A stretch of 64,000 bases of DNA, taken from positions 10,155 through 74,154 of the forward strand of contig CAZPQJ010000001.1 in the NCBI GenBank assembly GCA_964588955.1. Reading direction: 5' to 3'. Position 1 is the stretch's first letter; every line of letters starts with the position of its first letter. Below the pieces are notes generated by a model. The model was not told the origin of the DNA and did no database searches. It saw only the letters and a list, made by a program, of their open reading frames with translations. A program made the position numbers and the translations under genes. This document shows, one piece after another, positions 8,809 to 21,047 of this stretch. Source of the DNA: an uncultured Gammaproteobacteria bacterium (GTDB taxonomy: Bacteria; Patescibacteriota; Patescibacteriia; UBA9934; CAMTUG01).

Positions 8809-10548
8809 CTATTCCGCCACGCGGAAGACTTCGTCGACAGAAGTTACCCCGTCGATGGCTTTTAACAAACCATCTTGAACCATCGTCACCATCCCTTGTT
8901 TTAAGGCGATGTCGCGCATTTGATATTCCGAAACGTTGCCGGTGAGTACGGCTTGTTCCACGTCGGCGGCCATTTGTAGTAATTCATAGATGCCGACGCG
9001 GCCTTTGAATCCGCTATTGTTGCAGGCCTCACAGCCTTTGCCGCGATAAAATTTCATCGTTTCCAAGTTGACCACCTCGCCAGAGTTCGCCGGAATTTCT
9101 GACAAGAGTTTTTGCACACGAACAAGTACGTCAGGTTCAAGCGTAACTTCTTCTTTGCAGGCGGTGCAGATTTTGCGCACCAAGCGCTGGCCGATCATGG
9201 CGTTTAAGGCAGGTGCGAGCAAAAACGGCTTGACTCCCATGGAGAGGAAGCGGGGAATGGCTCCGGCGGCGTCGTTGGTATGGATCGTAGAGAGCATCAG
9301 GTGGCCGGTCAGCGAAGCTTGGATGGCGATCTCGGCCGTCTCTAGGTCGCGAATTTCTCCGACCATGACAATGTCTGGGTCTTGGCGGAGAATCGAACGC
9401 AATCCCTTGGCAAAGGTGTAATCTTTGGTGTGGTCAATCTGGCTTTGGTTGATCCCTTCCACTTTGTATTCAATTGGGTCTTCCAAAGTGATAATCTTCA
9501 CGTCTGGCGCGTTGAGTCGTTGGAGTACGGCGTAGAGCGTCGTCGTTTTACCAGATCCGGTTGGACCGGTGGTAATAATCATTCCATGGGGTTTCTCAAT
9601 TTCTTTGCGTAGTTTTTCAAACACGGGCGGTCGTAGTCCTAACTTTTCAAAATCCAATTTTACCGCCCCGGAGCGCAGTACGCGCATCACCACAGACTCG
9701 CCATAAGCTGTCGGCAGGGTAGAAGTACGCACGTCGATTTCTTCATCCTTCAAGTATATAGTAAAGCGCCCGTCTTGCGGTCGGTCGGTGATGTTGATTT
9801 TTAGTCCAGCGATCAATTTGATGCGGCTGACAATGCGCTTCCAGGATTCCGCGGGGAGCATGGCCACGTCTTGCAACAGGCCGTCGACGCGTAGACGGAA
9901 TTTGACTCCTTCTTCCTCGGCTTCAATATGCAAATCACTCGAATCGAGTTCCAAGGCAGCGGAAATCATCACGCTCAACACGTCAGTGGTTGAAGCACTC
10001 GTCAGCAATGTTTGCACGGCGGCAAAATCTTTGACCTGGCTGCGATAGCGCGTCATTTCTGCATCGGTAATTTTTACCCCTTTAATGACCTGCTTAATTT
10101 TTGGTAACGCGGCATACAGAGCTAAAGCTTTTTCTAAACTGTGTTCACTAATCGCGTAGACGGCGGCTGTTGCCTTATTGCGTTCTCCCAGCTGATAAAC
10201 AAGTTCGGTAACCGCCGGATCGTTGGGGGTAAGGGCGCCAACACGAATTTCTGTACCGCTAAAAAGAAAGGGAATGGCTTTGAGTGCCCGCGCTTGCTCT
10301 TCCGGCACCAGTGCCAGTGCTTCCGGGGAGACGGCATAGGAGGTGAGGTCCACATAACCGACCTGAAGTTGGGTGGCCAGATCTTTGGCGATTTTTTCCT
10401 TTTCCCCCGTTTGGATAGCGGTCATCTTTTGCTCAAACTTTTCGGTGGCGCTTGGCGGCGTCAACACAACCGGAGCGGCTTTTTTCGCCGGAACCGGAGC
10501 GGGTTGTTTTTTCAACAAGTCTTCAATGGAGGGGAGATCAGATGGCAC
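8809..10548 (-). CDS. GspE/PilB family type IV pilus assembly ATPase
   Basis: SDLHIE, RPQDGR, GPTGSGKTTTLY, LRQDPD, TGHLMLSTIH, tetracysteine motif. Confidence 0.93.
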   Translation of the reverse strand: MPSDLPSIEDLLKKQPAPVPAKKAAPVVLTPPSATEKFEQKMTAIQTGEKEKIAKDLATQLQVGYVDLTSYAVSPEALALVPEEQARALKAIPFLFSGTEIRVGALTPNDPAVTELVYQLGERNKATAAVYAISEHSLEKALALYAALPKIKQVIKGVKITDAEMTRYRSQVKDFAAVQTLLTSASTTDVLSVMISAALELDSSDLHIEAEEEGVKFRLRVDGLLQDVAMLPAESWKRIVSRIKLIAGLKINITDRPQDGRFTIYLKDEEIDVRTSTLPTAYGESVVMRVLRSGAVKLDFEKLGLRPPVFEKLRKEIEKPHGMIITTGPTGSGKTTTLYAVLQRLNAPDVKIITLEDPIEYKVEGINQSQIDHTKDYTFAKGLRSILRQDPDIVMVGEIRDLETAEIAIQASLTGHLMLSTIHTNDAAGAIPRFLSMGVKPFLLAPALNAMIGQRLVRKICTACKEEVTLEPDVLVRVQKLLSEIPANSGEVVNLETMKFYRGKGCEACNNSGFKGRVGIYELLQMAADVEQAVLTGNVSEYQMRDIALKQGMVTMVQDGLLKAIDGVTSVDEVFRVAE

Positions 10549-10559
10549 AGGCGGACAGA

Positions 10560-11561
10560 TTAGCGTTTGAGAAGATGTTTGGCGATCCGTTCGAGTTTGG
10601 AGACAATGCGGGAAGTTTTGCCGAAACGCTCATATAGATGATACCAGGCGGCATAGGTAAAACTGGTGGCAAAACCGAAGAGGGCAAGGACGATGAGACA
10701 CAAGAGGACGGCACCGAACGTGATGGTCAGAATCCACAAGAGGCCGGAACCAACCAAGATGGAAGCTTTAAGAAAAAGGAGATAGGGAACGGCGAACAAA
10801 AGAACAGCGGCAACGACGGCTCCGGAAAATATGGCGTTGATAAAAAAGAGCAGAACAGCCATTTCTGTGATCGGCAGCCAGTGACGAACGAGCACCTCGG
10901 CGCTGGCGCGAATGGATGCCTTCACCGTTTTCTTTTTTGCGATCGTTTCAATGACGCTGAAAATGGAAAGATAACTCACGAGCAATGCCAGGGGGATAAA
11001 CACGATCAGCACACTGAAGTTCACGAGTGCGTTGACGGTGGCGCTTGGGTGCGCGAGAATCGCGAAAAGCAGTGTTGCTCCAAGCGACAGAACAATCAGC
11101 ACTGCGCGAAAGAGCAGATCAATCGCCAGAACTTTTCCCAGTTCCCGTGTAGTACGGGAAAAGAGCGAGGGGATCTTTTTTTTGTGATCGAGCGCTGGAA
11201 TTGCTCCTACCAGTTCCGCTTGAGCGCACAAGGCAAGGACGCTGAGCAGCAACATGGCTAGCAGAATGCAGGTAACGGTAATAGTCAGTCGTGTTGGGGA
11301 CGTAAGAGCGATTTTTTGGACGTAGGCAAAAATCGTGGTGGCACCGGCGACGCTTTGTTCAAGATATCCGCGCAAGCCGGTGTGGAGTGCCTCGCCCTTG
11401 AAGGTATTGGCGACGATTTGAAAGACGGAGCCGCTATTGATAATCCCAGCTAACACACCAAAGATCCACAGTCGTTTGTGGTTCCAGGCGCTTTGCCAAG
11501 CTTGCCGTAAGATCGGCCGGTGCACGGCGAGTGTTTGTTTTCCTCCAGGCATATCCTCCAA
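10560..11561 (-). CDS. Multi-pass membrane protein
   Basis: 333 aa, several TM helices, AW..AW.HK.LWIFG N-terminus common in CPR membrane proteins. Confidence 0.7.
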   Translation of the reverse strand: MEDMPGGKQTLAVHRPILRQAWQSAWNHKRLWIFGVLAGIINSGSVFQIVANTFKGEALHTGLRGYLEQSVAGATTIFAYVQKIALTSPTRLTITVTCILLAMLLLSVLALCAQAELVGAIPALDHKKKIPSLFSRTTRELGKVLAIDLLFRAVLIVLSLGATLLFAILAHPSATVNALVNFSVLIVFIPLALLVSYLSIFSVIETIAKKKTVKASIRASAEVLVRHWLPITEMAVLLFFINAIFSGAVVAAVLLFAVPYLLFLKASILVGSGLLWILTITFGAVLLCLIVLALFGFATSFTYAAWYHLYERFGKTSRIVSKLERIAKHLLKR

Positions 11562-11615
11562 AAAAAGATCGGAGCAGATGAAACCATCTGCTCCGCCATT
11601 TTACACTATTTATCC

Positions 11616-13454
11616 TTAAGTTGTCTGCTCGTGATAGTTGGGGTGGCTGGTGAAGAGGGCTTCGAACTCGTCTTTCTCCAGGGTTTCTTTAACCAGCAGT
11701 TCTTTGACAATGGCGTCCAAACGATCGCGTTTTTCGGTGATGATCTTTTTGGCCGTAGCCATGGCGTTGTTGATCATCCCCATGATTTCCTCATCAATCG
11801 CCTCAGCCCACTTTTCCGAGTAATCGCGGTTCTCGTGAATCTCACGACCCAAGAAGACCATCTCATCTGTTTTGCCAAAGGTGCGTGGCCCAAGTTTTTC
11901 ACTCATGCCGTATTTGGTGATGAGCTCTTTAGCCGTTTGGGTGGCACGGCGCAAGTCGTCGGACGCGCCGGTAGTCATGTCGCCAAAGACTAACTTCTCT
12001 GAAGTATAGCCCCCCAAAAGCACGGCCATCTCATCGATGAACTCGGCACGCATGTGCATCTTCTTGTCTTCAATTGGCAACTTCATGGTGTAGCCGGCGG
12101 CGCGACCTCGGCTAATGATGGAGATTTTGTGCACGGGATCGGCGTGAGGGAGTTCATGCGCCACTAAGGCGTGACCGGCTTCGTGATAGGCCGTGACTTC
12201 GCGTTCTTTTTTGGAGAGAATGTGGCTCTTGCGTTCGGGACCCAAAATAACTTTGTCTACCGACTCCAGCACTTCATTGAGTCCGATCGTTTTTTTGTTG
12301 CGGCGGGCGGCTAAGATGGCTGCTTCGTTCAACAAGTTGCCGAGGTCGGCACCAGAGAATCCAATGGTGCGTTCAGCAAGTTTTTTCAAATCAACGTCTT
12401 TGTCCATGGGTTTGTTGGCGGCGTGGATTTCCAAAATAGCCTGGCGATCTTTGAGATCTGGCAAGTCAATCATCACCCGGCGATCAAAACGTCCCGGACG
12501 CAACAAGGCGGGGTCCAGCACGTCGGGGCGGTTGGTGGCGGCAATGACGATGACGCCGAGGTTTGGATCAAAGCCGTCCATCTCCACCAAAATTTGGTTG
12601 AGGGTTTGTTCGCGCTCATCGTGTCCACCGCCTAAGCCCGCGCCACGTTGACGTCCAACGGCATCAATTTCGTCAATAAAGATAATACACGGAGCGGTTT
12701 TTTTGGCTTTGGCAAACAAATCACGCACCCGGCTGGCACCAACGCCTACAAACATCTCTACAAATTCCGATCCGGAAATATGATAGAACGGCACGTCGGC
12801 CTCGCCGGCCACTGCGCGTGTGAGCAATGTTTTGCCTGTTCCTGGAGAACCCATCAATAAGACTCCTTTTGGAATTTTCGCCCCTAATTCGGTGAACTTT
12901 TTTGGGTCACGTAAAAATTCAACGATCTCGGAGAGTTCTTCCTTGGCTTCTTTTACTCCGGCGACGTCTTTAAAGGTTACTTTGTTTTTTGTTTGATCAA
13001 CCTCGCGTGCTCCGGATTGTCCAAAGCTCATCGCCTTTTGATTGGAGCCTTGCAACTGACGCACCATAAACCAAAAGACCACAATCAGAACGAGAAGTGG
13101 CAAAAGAGAAGGGAGGATTGATTTCAAAAAATATTGCTTGCCGCTTAAATCTTTGACGTTGATAGCCACCTTGGAGAGTTCTTCGGGGGTGACTCCGTAG
13201 CTTGTAAGCAGCTCTGGGAGTGATTGCCCCGCTTCTTTTTTGGTGGTTTGTGTCGTGCCATCTGTAAGACTAGTTGTAATCGTGTCTTGCTCGACATCGA
13301 TGTGATCAACGGTGCCGGCATGGATTTCTTCCACCACCACGTTTATCGCCACTTCCGCCGGTTTAGGCGCGGACAAGTTTACCGTGGAAAAAATGGCACC
13401 AATGGCGATAATGGCAATCAGGAAAAGAATGATATTTTTGGATAGTGGTTTCAT
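11616..13454 (-). CDS. ftsH: ATP-dependent zinc metalloprotease FtsH
   Basis: Two TMs, [30 protein letters not shown]. Confidence 0.98.
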   Translation of the reverse strand: MKPLSKNIILFLIAIIAIGAIFSTVNLSAPKPAEVAINVVVEEIHAGTVDHIDVEQDTITTSLTDGTTQTTKKEAGQSLPELLTSYGVTPEELSKVAINVKDLSGKQYFLKSILPSLLPLLVLIVVFWFMVRQLQGSNQKAMSFGQSGAREVDQTKNKVTFKDVAGVKEAKEELSEIVEFLRDPKKFTELGAKIPKGVLLMGSPGTGKTLLTRAVAGEADVPFYHISGSEFVEMFVGVGASRVRDLFAKAKKTAPCIIFIDEIDAVGRQRGAGLGGGHDEREQTLNQILVEMDGFDPNLGVIVIAATNRPDVLDPALLRPGRFDRRVMIDLPDLKDRQAILEIHAANKPMDKDVDLKKLAERTIGFSGADLGNLLNEAAILAARRNKKTIGLNEVLESVDKVILGPERKSHILSKKEREVTAYHEAGHALVAHELPHADPVHKISIISRGRAAGYTMKLPIEDKKMHMRAEFIDEMAVLLGGYTSEKLVFGDMTTGASDDLRRATQTAKELITKYGMSEKLGPRTFGKTDEMVFLGREIHENRDYSEKWAEAIDEEIMGMINNAMATAKKIITEKRDRLDAIVKELLVKETLEKDEFEALFTSHPNYHEQTT

Positions 13455-13532
13455 AGCCGGAGAAGATTAGGTTGGACTTTAGTATAACACAGGCGGGGTT
13501 CTGCCCCGCCTGTGTCTTCTACCCGCGTATCC

Positions 13533-14672
13533 TTATTCGGTAACTTCTGCCTTTTTTTCGCTTTCTTCCTTTTCGGCGGCTTTTGTTTCCTCAGGTTTTT
13601 CTTTCAAAGCTTTGAGGGAGAGGCCCAAGCGGTGTTCGTTGGGTTCAATGGAGACAATGCGGAATTTGACGGTCTCGCCAATGGTGGCGAACTTGTTTGG
13701 ATCCTCGACGGGGCTGTCGGAGAGCTCGCTGACGTGCGCCAAACCGTGGATTTCGGCATCCAGCTCTACAAACAGGCCGAACGGGTTAATCTTCAAGACC
13801 TTTCCTTCCACCAGATCTCCAACTTTATAGCGGGCGGCTACATCTTTCCATGGATCGGCAATTAGTTTCTTCATCGACAAGAAGATTTTTGATCCTTCAA
13901 TGCCGATGATTTCTGCTTTTACCGTTTGACCAACTTTGACCACGTCTTTGGGGTGATCAATGCGCTGCCAAGCGAGTTCAGAAATGTGTACCAAGCCTTC
14001 GAGTGAGCCGAATTTCACAAAGGCGCCGAAGTCGGCCACGGCCGTGACTTCACCTTCAATCACATCGCCAACTTTGTGTTGAGCAATCACGTGGCGCTGG
14101 CGATCTTCCCACAATGCTTTTTCGGAAACGATTAATTTCTGATCATTTTCGTTAGCGTCGATTAAGCGCACTTCCATGGAAGAGCCAACGTAGGATTTCA
14201 ACTTCTCCAAAATCTTGCCTTTGTCGCCGCCGGTAACGCGCGGGTAGTGCTCCGGAGCCAACTGCGAGACAGGCAAGAAGCCGGTCACGTTTTCCAAGCG
14301 CACAATAAGTCCGCCTTTGTTGGCGTCCAGGATTTTGACACTGACCGCGTCGCCGGTGGCGAACATGCGGCGCAATTCTTCCCAGGCTTTCTTTTGACCC
14401 GCAAAGCGGAAGGAGAGTTCCATCTCGCCGTTCTCGTTTTCCAGTTCAACCACGGTCGCTTCCACGTCGTCACCTGGCTTCAAGGAGCTGTATTCCTTGC
14501 TCTCGGCGTACAGTTCACGCCCGCGGATGACGCCGGTTTTGACGCCGTTAATATCGATACGCACTTCGCGGCGGCTGGAAGAAATAATCGGACCCTTAAC
14601 AACGTCTCCTACTTTAGGAAACACCAGGTAGGACCCGTCTTCGAGCAACTCGGACAACGTTTTGTCGGCCAT
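13533..14672 (-). CDS. rpsA: 30S ribosomal protein S1 (short form, four S1 domains)
   Basis: Repeated S1 motifs GFLPVSQL, FGAFV..EGLVHISEL, FGLFV..GLAHVSEL. Confidence 0.88.
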   Translation of the reverse strand: MADKTLSELLEDGSYLVFPKVGDVVKGPIISSSRREVRIDINGVKTGVIRGRELYAESKEYSSLKPGDDVEATVVELENENGEMELSFRFAGQKKAWEELRRMFATGDAVSVKILDANKGGLIVRLENVTGFLPVSQLAPEHYPRVTGGDKGKILEKLKSYVGSSMEVRLIDANENDQKLIVSEKALWEDRQRHVIAQHKVGDVIEGEVTAVADFGAFVKFGSLEGLVHISELAWQRIDHPKDVVKVGQTVKAEIIGIEGSKIFLSMKKLIADPWKDVAARYKVGDLVEGKVLKINPFGLFVELDAEIHGLAHVSELSDSPVEDPNKFATIGETVKFRIVSIEPNEHRLGLSLKALKEKPEETKAAEKEESEKKAEVTE

Positions 14673-14890
14673 AAGGATAGGCTTGACTCTGCCTCACCCA
14701 AAACGGGCTCCGGGGAATCAAGAACTAAGGATTAAGTAAGTAGCGGGAGTTTAATAGAAAGCCGGCTTTTTGGCAAGAGCAAGCCAAGGGATGGACATTT
14801 TGTGGGTTTTCGTTTAAGGTGATCCGTCCGGTTCTTGCGTCATCCGACGTTGGAAACACCCAATGGCTTCCGGAAGCCCGAGAATCTCCC

Positions 14891-15370
14891 ATGTCTCTCC
14901 TCCTCCTGTCTTTGTTCGCCTGCGACGGCCTCGCCAACCACCTCAGCACCTCCCCCAAGGGGCCGATCGTCTGCACCTACAGCTGGCGCTTGCCGGCCAA
15001 CGAGGGCGTTCTCGACGATTCCCCCGTCACGTTCACCTATAACAGTCGCAGCCACGACTTCAAGGACAGTTATGGTCGAGGGGATGTGTCGGCACCTATC
15101 AAGTCGGGGGTGGCTTCGTTCGAGTTCTATCTGGTGGACGAGGTCGTCGTGGGCGGGCTCGTCAGGAAGACGGATACAGCGGCCGGGGAATATGACCCGG
15201 AACATCCGGAAGACGTTTTCCTTTGGGTCTGCGAGTTCGGTCGCCTCACGAGCGTGCAGACGGTCACCTGTGTCGACAGTGCCGGCAAGTCTGTTCCGAC
15301 GGCGCGCTCCATCGACATGGAGTTTCGTCACGGGAAGGGATGCGAAGTTGTTGTGAAGTTCGCAGACTAG
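14891..15370 (+). CDS. Hypothetical exported protein/lipoprotein (GC-rich orphan)
   Basis: MSLLLLSLFAC lipobox-like N-terminus; several Cys; C-ending codons. Confidence 0.55.
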   Translation: MSLLLLSLFACDGLANHLSTSPKGPIVCTYSWRLPANEGVLDDSPVTFTYNSRSHDFKDSYGRGDVSAPIKSGVASFEFYLVDEVVVGGLVRKTDTAAGEYDPEHPEDVFLWVCEFGRLTSVQTVTCVDSAGKSVPTARSIDMEFRHGKGCEVVVKFAD

Positions 15371-15476
15371 GATTCCGTCTTGTCCCTGCCTACGTCGAAC
15401 CACTCCCGCTCGGAGTGGTTCTGCATTTTTATAAAGTTGTGACCAAGGCTGTCGGGCCTTGGTCGGGGAGAAGGGG

Positions 15477-16046
15477 CTAGTCTTTCCAGTGTTCGCGATC
15501 AATGATTGCGAGGAGTTGGGTAAAAGCCCGGTCGAGGGTGCTGTTGATGATGAAGTAGTCCCAGTTGGCGGCCAGGCGGCGTTTTTCCGCCGCGGCCAGG
15601 AGACGTAATTCGATTTGTTCGTCATCTTCGCTACCACGGGCGCGCAGACGTTCGGCGAGAATCGTATCACTTGGAGCGTCGATGAAGATGCGCACGGCTT
15701 GAGGATACGTTTGCATCACTTGCCGTGCCCCCACGTCATCGACCTCGAGGATGATCGATCGACCCTCGGCAAGAGTGCGAGCGACCGGTTCCGCGGGCGT
15801 GCCATAGTACCGCCCGTAGACCTCGGCATGCTCGAGCAGGGCGCCGCGATCGCGTAGGCACAGAAAGGCCTCGGTCGAAATGAAGGTGAAGTCGACTCCT
15901 GCCACTTCGTTGGGGCGTCGGTTCCTTGTTGTAACCGAGACGGAGTGAGTAATTTCAGGTCGTGCGGTACGGAGTTGCCGCAGGAGGCTCGTCTTACCTG
16001 ATCCGCTCGTGCCATCGAAGACGATGAGTTTTCCGTTGTTGCTCAA
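15477..16046 (-). CDS. gmk: Guanylate kinase
   Basis: GTSGSGKTS, SVSVTTR..R..E..GVDF, EHAEVYGRYYGT, LRARGSE; TTG start with upstream GAGGT. Confidence 0.92.
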   Translation of the reverse strand: MSNNGKLIVFDGTSGSGKTSLLRQLRTARPEITHSVSVTTRNRRPNEVAGVDFTFISTEAFLCLRDRGALLEHAEVYGRYYGTPAEPVARTLAEGRSIILEVDDVGARQVMQTYPQAVRIFIDAPSDTILAERLRARGSEDDEQIELRLLAAAEKRRLAANWDYFIINSTLDRAFTQLLAIIDREHWKD

Positions 16047-16126
16047 GGAACACCTCTAGAATCGGATCGTAACAAGGAAAAGGAGATATTGCCACCGTGC
16101 CAAGGCGCAGGTACTATAATCGCCAT

Positions 16127-16804
16127 ATGACCCATCCCCACAAAGCCATGCTTGATGAGTTTGCCTACGCTCTTGACCATCTTCCCCTGACTGTTCCCGA
16201 CGCCATTGTGAAAGAAGGTCGTCAACTTCACAAAACGCTGTCTGAGAATCCAGAAGCCACGGCCGAGGAAATCCAGGATGCTATGGTCGCGATTGGGAAA
16301 AAAGAATATCCCTTCCGCAAGGCGTACCAAGACATGATCGGTCAAGTTTCCGAAGAGCGTCACGTGGAGTTGGTGCTGGAACATTTGGAACCCGAGGTGC
16401 GAACGAAAGTGCAGGAGCTGTTGAACTCGGGAGTCAGCCTTGATGCCTTGTGCCGCAGTTCCATGTTTGAAACAGACTTTACTGCTGAAGAGCGCTATCA
16501 AGTGGAAGATGGCATTTTGCACGCTGCGGATCACGTAGCTGAAGAACTGCCGGAAAAAATCGCCGCTGATTCCTCGCGCTACGATGCGTTAGTGGCCGAA
16601 TGGAAAGCTAAACAAGCAAAGATTGAAGAGAAAATCGTCGAGTTGAAAGCGCTGGCCAGTAAGGATCCCAAGTGGTCGGCCGAGATTCTTGATAAGGTTA
16701 AAACGCTGGAGGAAGGTTGGACACTGACCGAACGCGATCCGGAACTACTGGAAGTGGAGAAAGAGATCGAATATTGGATGGGGACGATAGCGGACATTGG
16801 CTAG
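16127..16804 (+). CDS. Hypothetical acidic helical protein
   Basis: Host-like codon usage; promoter TTGCCA-17-TACTAT at 16089-16117. Confidence 0.75.
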   Translation: MTHPHKAMLDEFAYALDHLPLTVPDAIVKEGRQLHKTLSENPEATAEEIQDAMVAIGKKEYPFRKAYQDMIGQVSEERHVELVLEHLEPEVRTKVQELLNSGVSLDALCRSSMFETDFTAEERYQVEDGILHAADHVAEELPEKIAADSSRYDALVAEWKAKQAKIEEKIVELKALASKDPKWSAEILDKVKTLEEGWTLTERDPELLEVEKEIEYWMGTIADIG

Positions 16805-16865
16805 CGCCAGGGGGAGAGGTGTGCTAGAATGAGCCGGCAAAAGAGGAGGATAGCCTATTGAACGT

Positions 16866-17519
16866 ATGCAAATTTCCTGGCACGGACTGAACTGTTTTTC
16901 CATCACCGTTTCCTCGATTAATGGGGAAGCGGCGATTGTTCTCGATCCCTATCAAAACGAAACCGGCTTGCGTTTCCCGCGCACGCTTGGCGCCGATGTG
17001 GTGGCAAGTACGCACGACGGGGAGGATGCCAATAACCGGGAAGCCGTTGGGGAAAACGGCCACGGCAAACCGTTCGTGATCGACATGCCTGGCGAATACG
17101 AAGCCAAAGGCATCTTTGTGCACGCCATTGACGCTAAACGTAAGGAAGACAAGCACAGTCACCACATGCTGTTAGTTGAAGCTGAAGGCATCACCATCGC
17201 TCATTTGGGGGCGATGAATCGTGAACTGAGCAACCAAGAATTGGAAGCTCTCAACAACGTGGATATTTTGTTGGTGCCGGTCGGTGGTGGACGTTATATG
17301 GGTCCAAAGACGGCGGCAGAAGTGATCGCGCAAGTAGAGCCGCGAATTGTGATTCCTTATGCCTTCGACACCGACGGGGTGAAGGAAAAATTGGAGCCGG
17401 TCGACGCGTTTTGCAAAGCGCTCGGCGTATGCAAGCGGGAAGACACCAATAAATTGAAAGTCAGCAAAAAGAATTTACCCGAAGATGAGATGGTTATTTA
17501 CGTTTTAGCTCGCAGTTAA
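16866..17519 (+). CDS. MBL-fold metallo-hydrolase (Lactamase_B_3-like)
   Basis: ISWHG..CF, LDPY, PGEYE..GI, HLG, VDILLVPVGG, EPRIVIP. Confidence 0.85.
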   Translation: MQISWHGLNCFSITVSSINGEAAIVLDPYQNETGLRFPRTLGADVVASTHDGEDANNREAVGENGHGKPFVIDMPGEYEAKGIFVHAIDAKRKEDKHSHHMLLVEAEGITIAHLGAMNRELSNQELEALNNVDILLVPVGGGRYMGPKTAAEVIAQVEPRIVIPYAFDTDGVKEKLEPVDAFCKALGVCKREDTNKLKVSKKNLPEDEMVIYVLARS

Positions 17520-17523
17520 GGCT

Positions 17524-17934
17524 ATGACACGTGTCCAGCATGTAGCGGCAGAAGAACACCACCCGCGCCCGATGACGCATCCGTCAGACGCTACGCGCCG
17601 GCGATGGTTTATTGCTTCCGCTGTGCTTACCGGTGGCTTGGCGCTGATCGGTTGGATGTATTTTTTCTCTGGACAGGTCGCCGCGCTCGCTAACCATCTT
17701 CCTGGTGCTGTTGCTTCCGAAACCCTGAAGCAGTTTGCTACAGAAACACAGTCGCTCGGTGCGGGAGCGGTGGGAGATTTCAAAACCACCTTGGCTCCAG
17801 CGGCCGTGGCCGCCGTGGAAGATGTTCAGGCGGAACTCGAAGCCAAAGCTAAACTGGCCAATGTGGTACAACAAATGACGGCAGAACTTTCCGCGAATAC
17901 GGAGACCACAGCTGATCCTCAAGAATCCAATTAA
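17524..17934 (+). CDS. Hypothetical single-TM protein
   Basis: 136 aa, one hydrophobic segment, tightly packed between MBL gene and gyrA. Confidence 0.65.
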   Translation: MTRVQHVAAEEHHPRPMTHPSDATRRRWFIASAVLTGGLALIGWMYFFSGQVAALANHLPGAVASETLKQFATETQSLGAGAVGDFKTTLAPAAVAAVEDVQAELEAKAKLANVVQQMTAELSANTETTADPQESN

Positions 17935-17939
17935 TACGT

Positions 17940-20432
17940 ATGGCGATCAAACGACCAAAACAGGGGAGTCTTTCTGTAGAAAATAAAGCGCTGTTCGACA
18001 CGATCGGTAAAGTAGATATTCGCCCAATTACCAGCGAAATGGAAACGGCCTACATGAGCTACGCCATGTCGGTGATTGTTTCGCGCGCTTTGCCAGACGT
18101 GCGTGATGGCTTGAAGCCGGTGCATCGTCGTATTTTGTACTCCATGTGGCAAACCGGTTTGCGCGCTGGTTCGCGTTATAAGAAATGTGCCACTGTGGTT
18201 GGAGACGTGCTTGGTAAGTACCACCCGCATGGTGACTCCGCGGTTTACGATTCCTTGGTGCGCATGGCGCAGGATTTTTCTCTGCGCTACCCATTGGTCA
18301 ACGGTCAGGGCAACTTCGGCTCGCTCGACGGCGATTCGGCCGCTGCCTATCGTTACACCGAAGCCAAACTGACTGCCATCTCTGAAGAGATGTTGAATGA
18401 TATTGAAAAAGACACCGTTGATTTCATGCCCAACTTCGACGGCACGCACAAAGAACCGAAAGTGCTGCCGGCCGCTTTTCCTAACTTGCTATTAAACGGC
18501 ACGCTCGGTATTGCTGTGGGCATGGCCACCAACATTCCTCCTCACAACCTCACCGAGTTGTGCGATGGGGTGGAACATTTGTTGGACAATCCAGAAGCTT
18601 CGATTGAAGATTTGATGAAGTTTGTGAAAGCTCCAGACTTTCCCACCGGCGGCATCATCTACAACGTTCGCGACATTCAACAAGCCTATGCCACGGGTAA
18701 GGGATCGGTCGACGTGCGTGCCAAAACGGAGATTGTGGAAGGGAAGAATGGCTGGCAGATTATTGTGTCAGAAATTCCGTATCAGGTGAACAAGGCAACT
18801 TTGTTGGAAAAAATTGCTGAGTGCGTGCAGGAGAAAAAAATTGAAGGCATACGCGACTTGCGCGATGAATCGACTCGCGAAGGGGTGCGCATTGTGGTTG
18901 ATTTGAAGAAAGATGCCTATCCGCAAAAGGTGCTGAATCGTTTGTTCCAATTGACGGCTTTGCAACAGCCGTTCCATTTCAACATGCTGGCCTTGGTTGA
19001 TGGTATTCAGCCGCGCGTGCTCAACTTGAAGATGATGTTGGAGGAGTATGTGAAGCATCGTGAAGTGGTGGTGCGCCGCCGAACCCAGTACGATTTGGAT
19101 CGCGCCAAAGATCGGGCGCACATTTTGGAAGGGTTGCGTATTGCTTTGTTGCAAATCGACAAAATTATCGCCACCATCAAAAAATCCAAAGACAAAGACG
19201 ATGCGCGGGTCAATTTGATGAAAGGATTTAAACTGTCGGAATTGCAGGCGGGCGCCATTTTGGAGATGCGTTTGCAAGCCTTGGCCAACCTAGAGCGCTT
19301 GAAGGTGGAACAGGAATACGAAGAAAAGATGAAGTTGATCAAAGAGCTGGAAGCAATCTTGAAATCGCGTGCCCGCATTTTTGGCATCATCAAGTCCGAA
19401 ATTCAAGATATCAAGAAGCGCTTTGGCGACGAACGTCGTACCGAGATTGTTAAAGCTGGCATTGGTGAGTTCCGCATTGAAGACGTGATTCCTGACTCGC
19501 CAACCATCGTTCTTATTACCCGTGATGGCTATATTAAGCGCTTGCCTCCGGACACTTTCCACACCCAAGCGCGCGGAGGCAAAGGCGTGGCTGGGCTCAC
19601 CACCAAAGAAGAAGATATTGTCGAACATACTTTTTCAACGACGACGCATAAAGATTTAATGTTCTTTACTTCTCGAGGACGTGCCTTCCAACTCAAGGCC
19701 TACGACGTGCCCGAAGCGTCACGCACCGCTAAGGGTCAGGCCTTGGTGAATTTCTTACAGCTGGCGCCAGGGGAGAAGCTTTCTGCTGTGCTCTCGCTCG
19801 ACGACATGGCGAGCATGAAGTATTTGGTGATGGTTACCAACAAGGGAACGGTTAAAAAGACGTCGCTGGAAGACTTTGCCAACGTGCGTCGATCGGGGCT
19901 GATCGCTATAAAGTTGCGCGAAGGTGACAACTTGGAGTGGGTTAAACCATCGACAGGCAAAGATGATGTTATCTTGGTGACTAGCAACGGCCAGTCGATT
20001 CGCATGACTGAAGAAGATATGCGCCCCATGGGACGCGTGGCTTCCGGCACCCGCGGTATTCGTTTGAAGGGATCAGATGAAGTGGTTGGTATGGATGTGT
20101 TGCCGAACAAAACCAAAGATGGGGAGTATCAGTTGTTAGTGGTGATGCAAAATGGTTTTGGCAAACGGACAGACGTGACAGAATATAAAACCCAAGGACG
20201 TGGAGGATCTGGTATTAAAACTGCCGCGGTGACAACGAAGACGGGAAAAGTCGTTTCTGCCTTTGTGGTGCGCGGCAACGACGAACGCGACTTGTTCTGT
20301 GTGAGCGAAGGCGGGCAAGTGATTCGCACGAGCCTCGCTTCCATTAGCGAAGTTGGTCGTGCCACCCAAGGCGTGCGCGTGATGCGGTTCAAAGAGGAAA
20401 ATGACAAAGTCGCATCGGTAGCGATTATCTAA
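17940..20432 (+). CDS. gyrA: DNA gyrase subunit A
   Basis: [31 protein letters not shown], GyrA box QARGGKG, C-terminal beta-pinwheel repeats. Confidence 0.98.
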   Translation: MAIKRPKQGSLSVENKALFDTIGKVDIRPITSEMETAYMSYAMSVIVSRALPDVRDGLKPVHRRILYSMWQTGLRAGSRYKKCATVVGDVLGKYHPHGDSAVYDSLVRMAQDFSLRYPLVNGQGNFGSLDGDSAAAYRYTEAKLTAISEEMLNDIEKDTVDFMPNFDGTHKEPKVLPAAFPNLLLNGTLGIAVGMATNIPPHNLTELCDGVEHLLDNPEASIEDLMKFVKAPDFPTGGIIYNVRDIQQAYATGKGSVDVRAKTEIVEGKNGWQIIVSEIPYQVNKATLLEKIAECVQEKKIEGIRDLRDESTREGVRIVVDLKKDAYPQKVLNRLFQLTALQQPFHFNMLALVDGIQPRVLNLKMMLEEYVKHREVVVRRRTQYDLDRAKDRAHILEGLRIALLQIDKIIATIKKSKDKDDARVNLMKGFKLSELQAGAILEMRLQALANLERLKVEQEYEEKMKLIKELEAILKSRARIFGIIKSEIQDIKKRFGDERRTEIVKAGIGEFRIEDVIPDSPTIVLITRDGYIKRLPPDTFHTQARGGKGVAGLTTKEEDIVEHTFSTTTHKDLMFFTSRGRAFQLKAYDVPEASRTAKGQALVNFLQLAPGEKLSAVLSLDDMASMKYLVMVTNKGTVKKTSLEDFANVRRSGLIAIKLREGDNLEWVKPSTGKDDVILVTSNGQSIRMTEEDMRPMGRVASGTRGIRLKGSDEVVGMDVLPNKTKDGEYQLLVVMQNGFGKRTDVTEYKTQGRGGSGIKTAAVTTKTGKVVSAFVVRGNDERDLFCVSEGGQVIRTSLASISEVGRATQGVRVMRFKEENDKVASVAII

Positions 20433-20807
20433 CTTGATCGGATCGTACAGGGTCGGCCTTTTAGAGGATCGGGGCGGGTCAGATTATATAGGCGGGAGTC
20501 TTTACTCCCGCCTTGTGTGTTGAAATTGATCGTCCGTCAAAGTACGTGTTTCTAAATCGGTGTCGCACAGATGTATTAGAGATATCATCCGGGAGTCTTC
20601 CACGATATACCTCGTCAAAAGTAGGTTAGAAGCATACCCTCTCCAGAACATCGTTTTTCAAATAGGTGCGTGTTAGGAGGTGTTTTGTATAGATTAAGTT
20701 TATACAAACCACACCTAATCCGAACCTATTCCTAAAACAACTCAATTGGAAGGTATCTTATCCTGGCAGATTATCTAAAACAGCTAGGCGGGGCACAGTG
20801 ACCCCGC

Positions 20808-21047
20808 CTATACAACTCTTAAAAGGATCCCGTCGCGTAAGTTGTTAAAAGCATGACGACCACCCGAGAGAGTGGCCGCCGTGCGTTGGCGAGACCTCGG
20901 ATGGTCGCGTGAGTGGGCTATTGCCAACTCGGCATCGGGTGCGCCGAGCGGATCGAGTTCGAGCTTGTCGCGCTCGACCTCTTTCGCACGTTGGCGGAAG
21001 GCATCGATCAGGGCGTCATCGGACAACTTTTTGGGATCCACGTTCAT
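20808..21047 (-). CDS. Short hypothetical ORF or gene remnant
   Basis: 79 aa, GGAG upstream of ATG; stop codon lies inside a REP-like hairpin. Confidence 0.3.
   Translation of the reverse strand: MNVDPKKLSDDALIDAFRQRAKEVERDKLELDPLGAPDAELAIAHSRDHPRSRQRTAATLSGGRHAFNNLRDGILLRVV

Noticed and set aside
20520-20780. AT-rich gap as origin of replication or prophage attachment site
   Set aside because: No DnaA-box cluster, integrase or att-like direct repeat seen.
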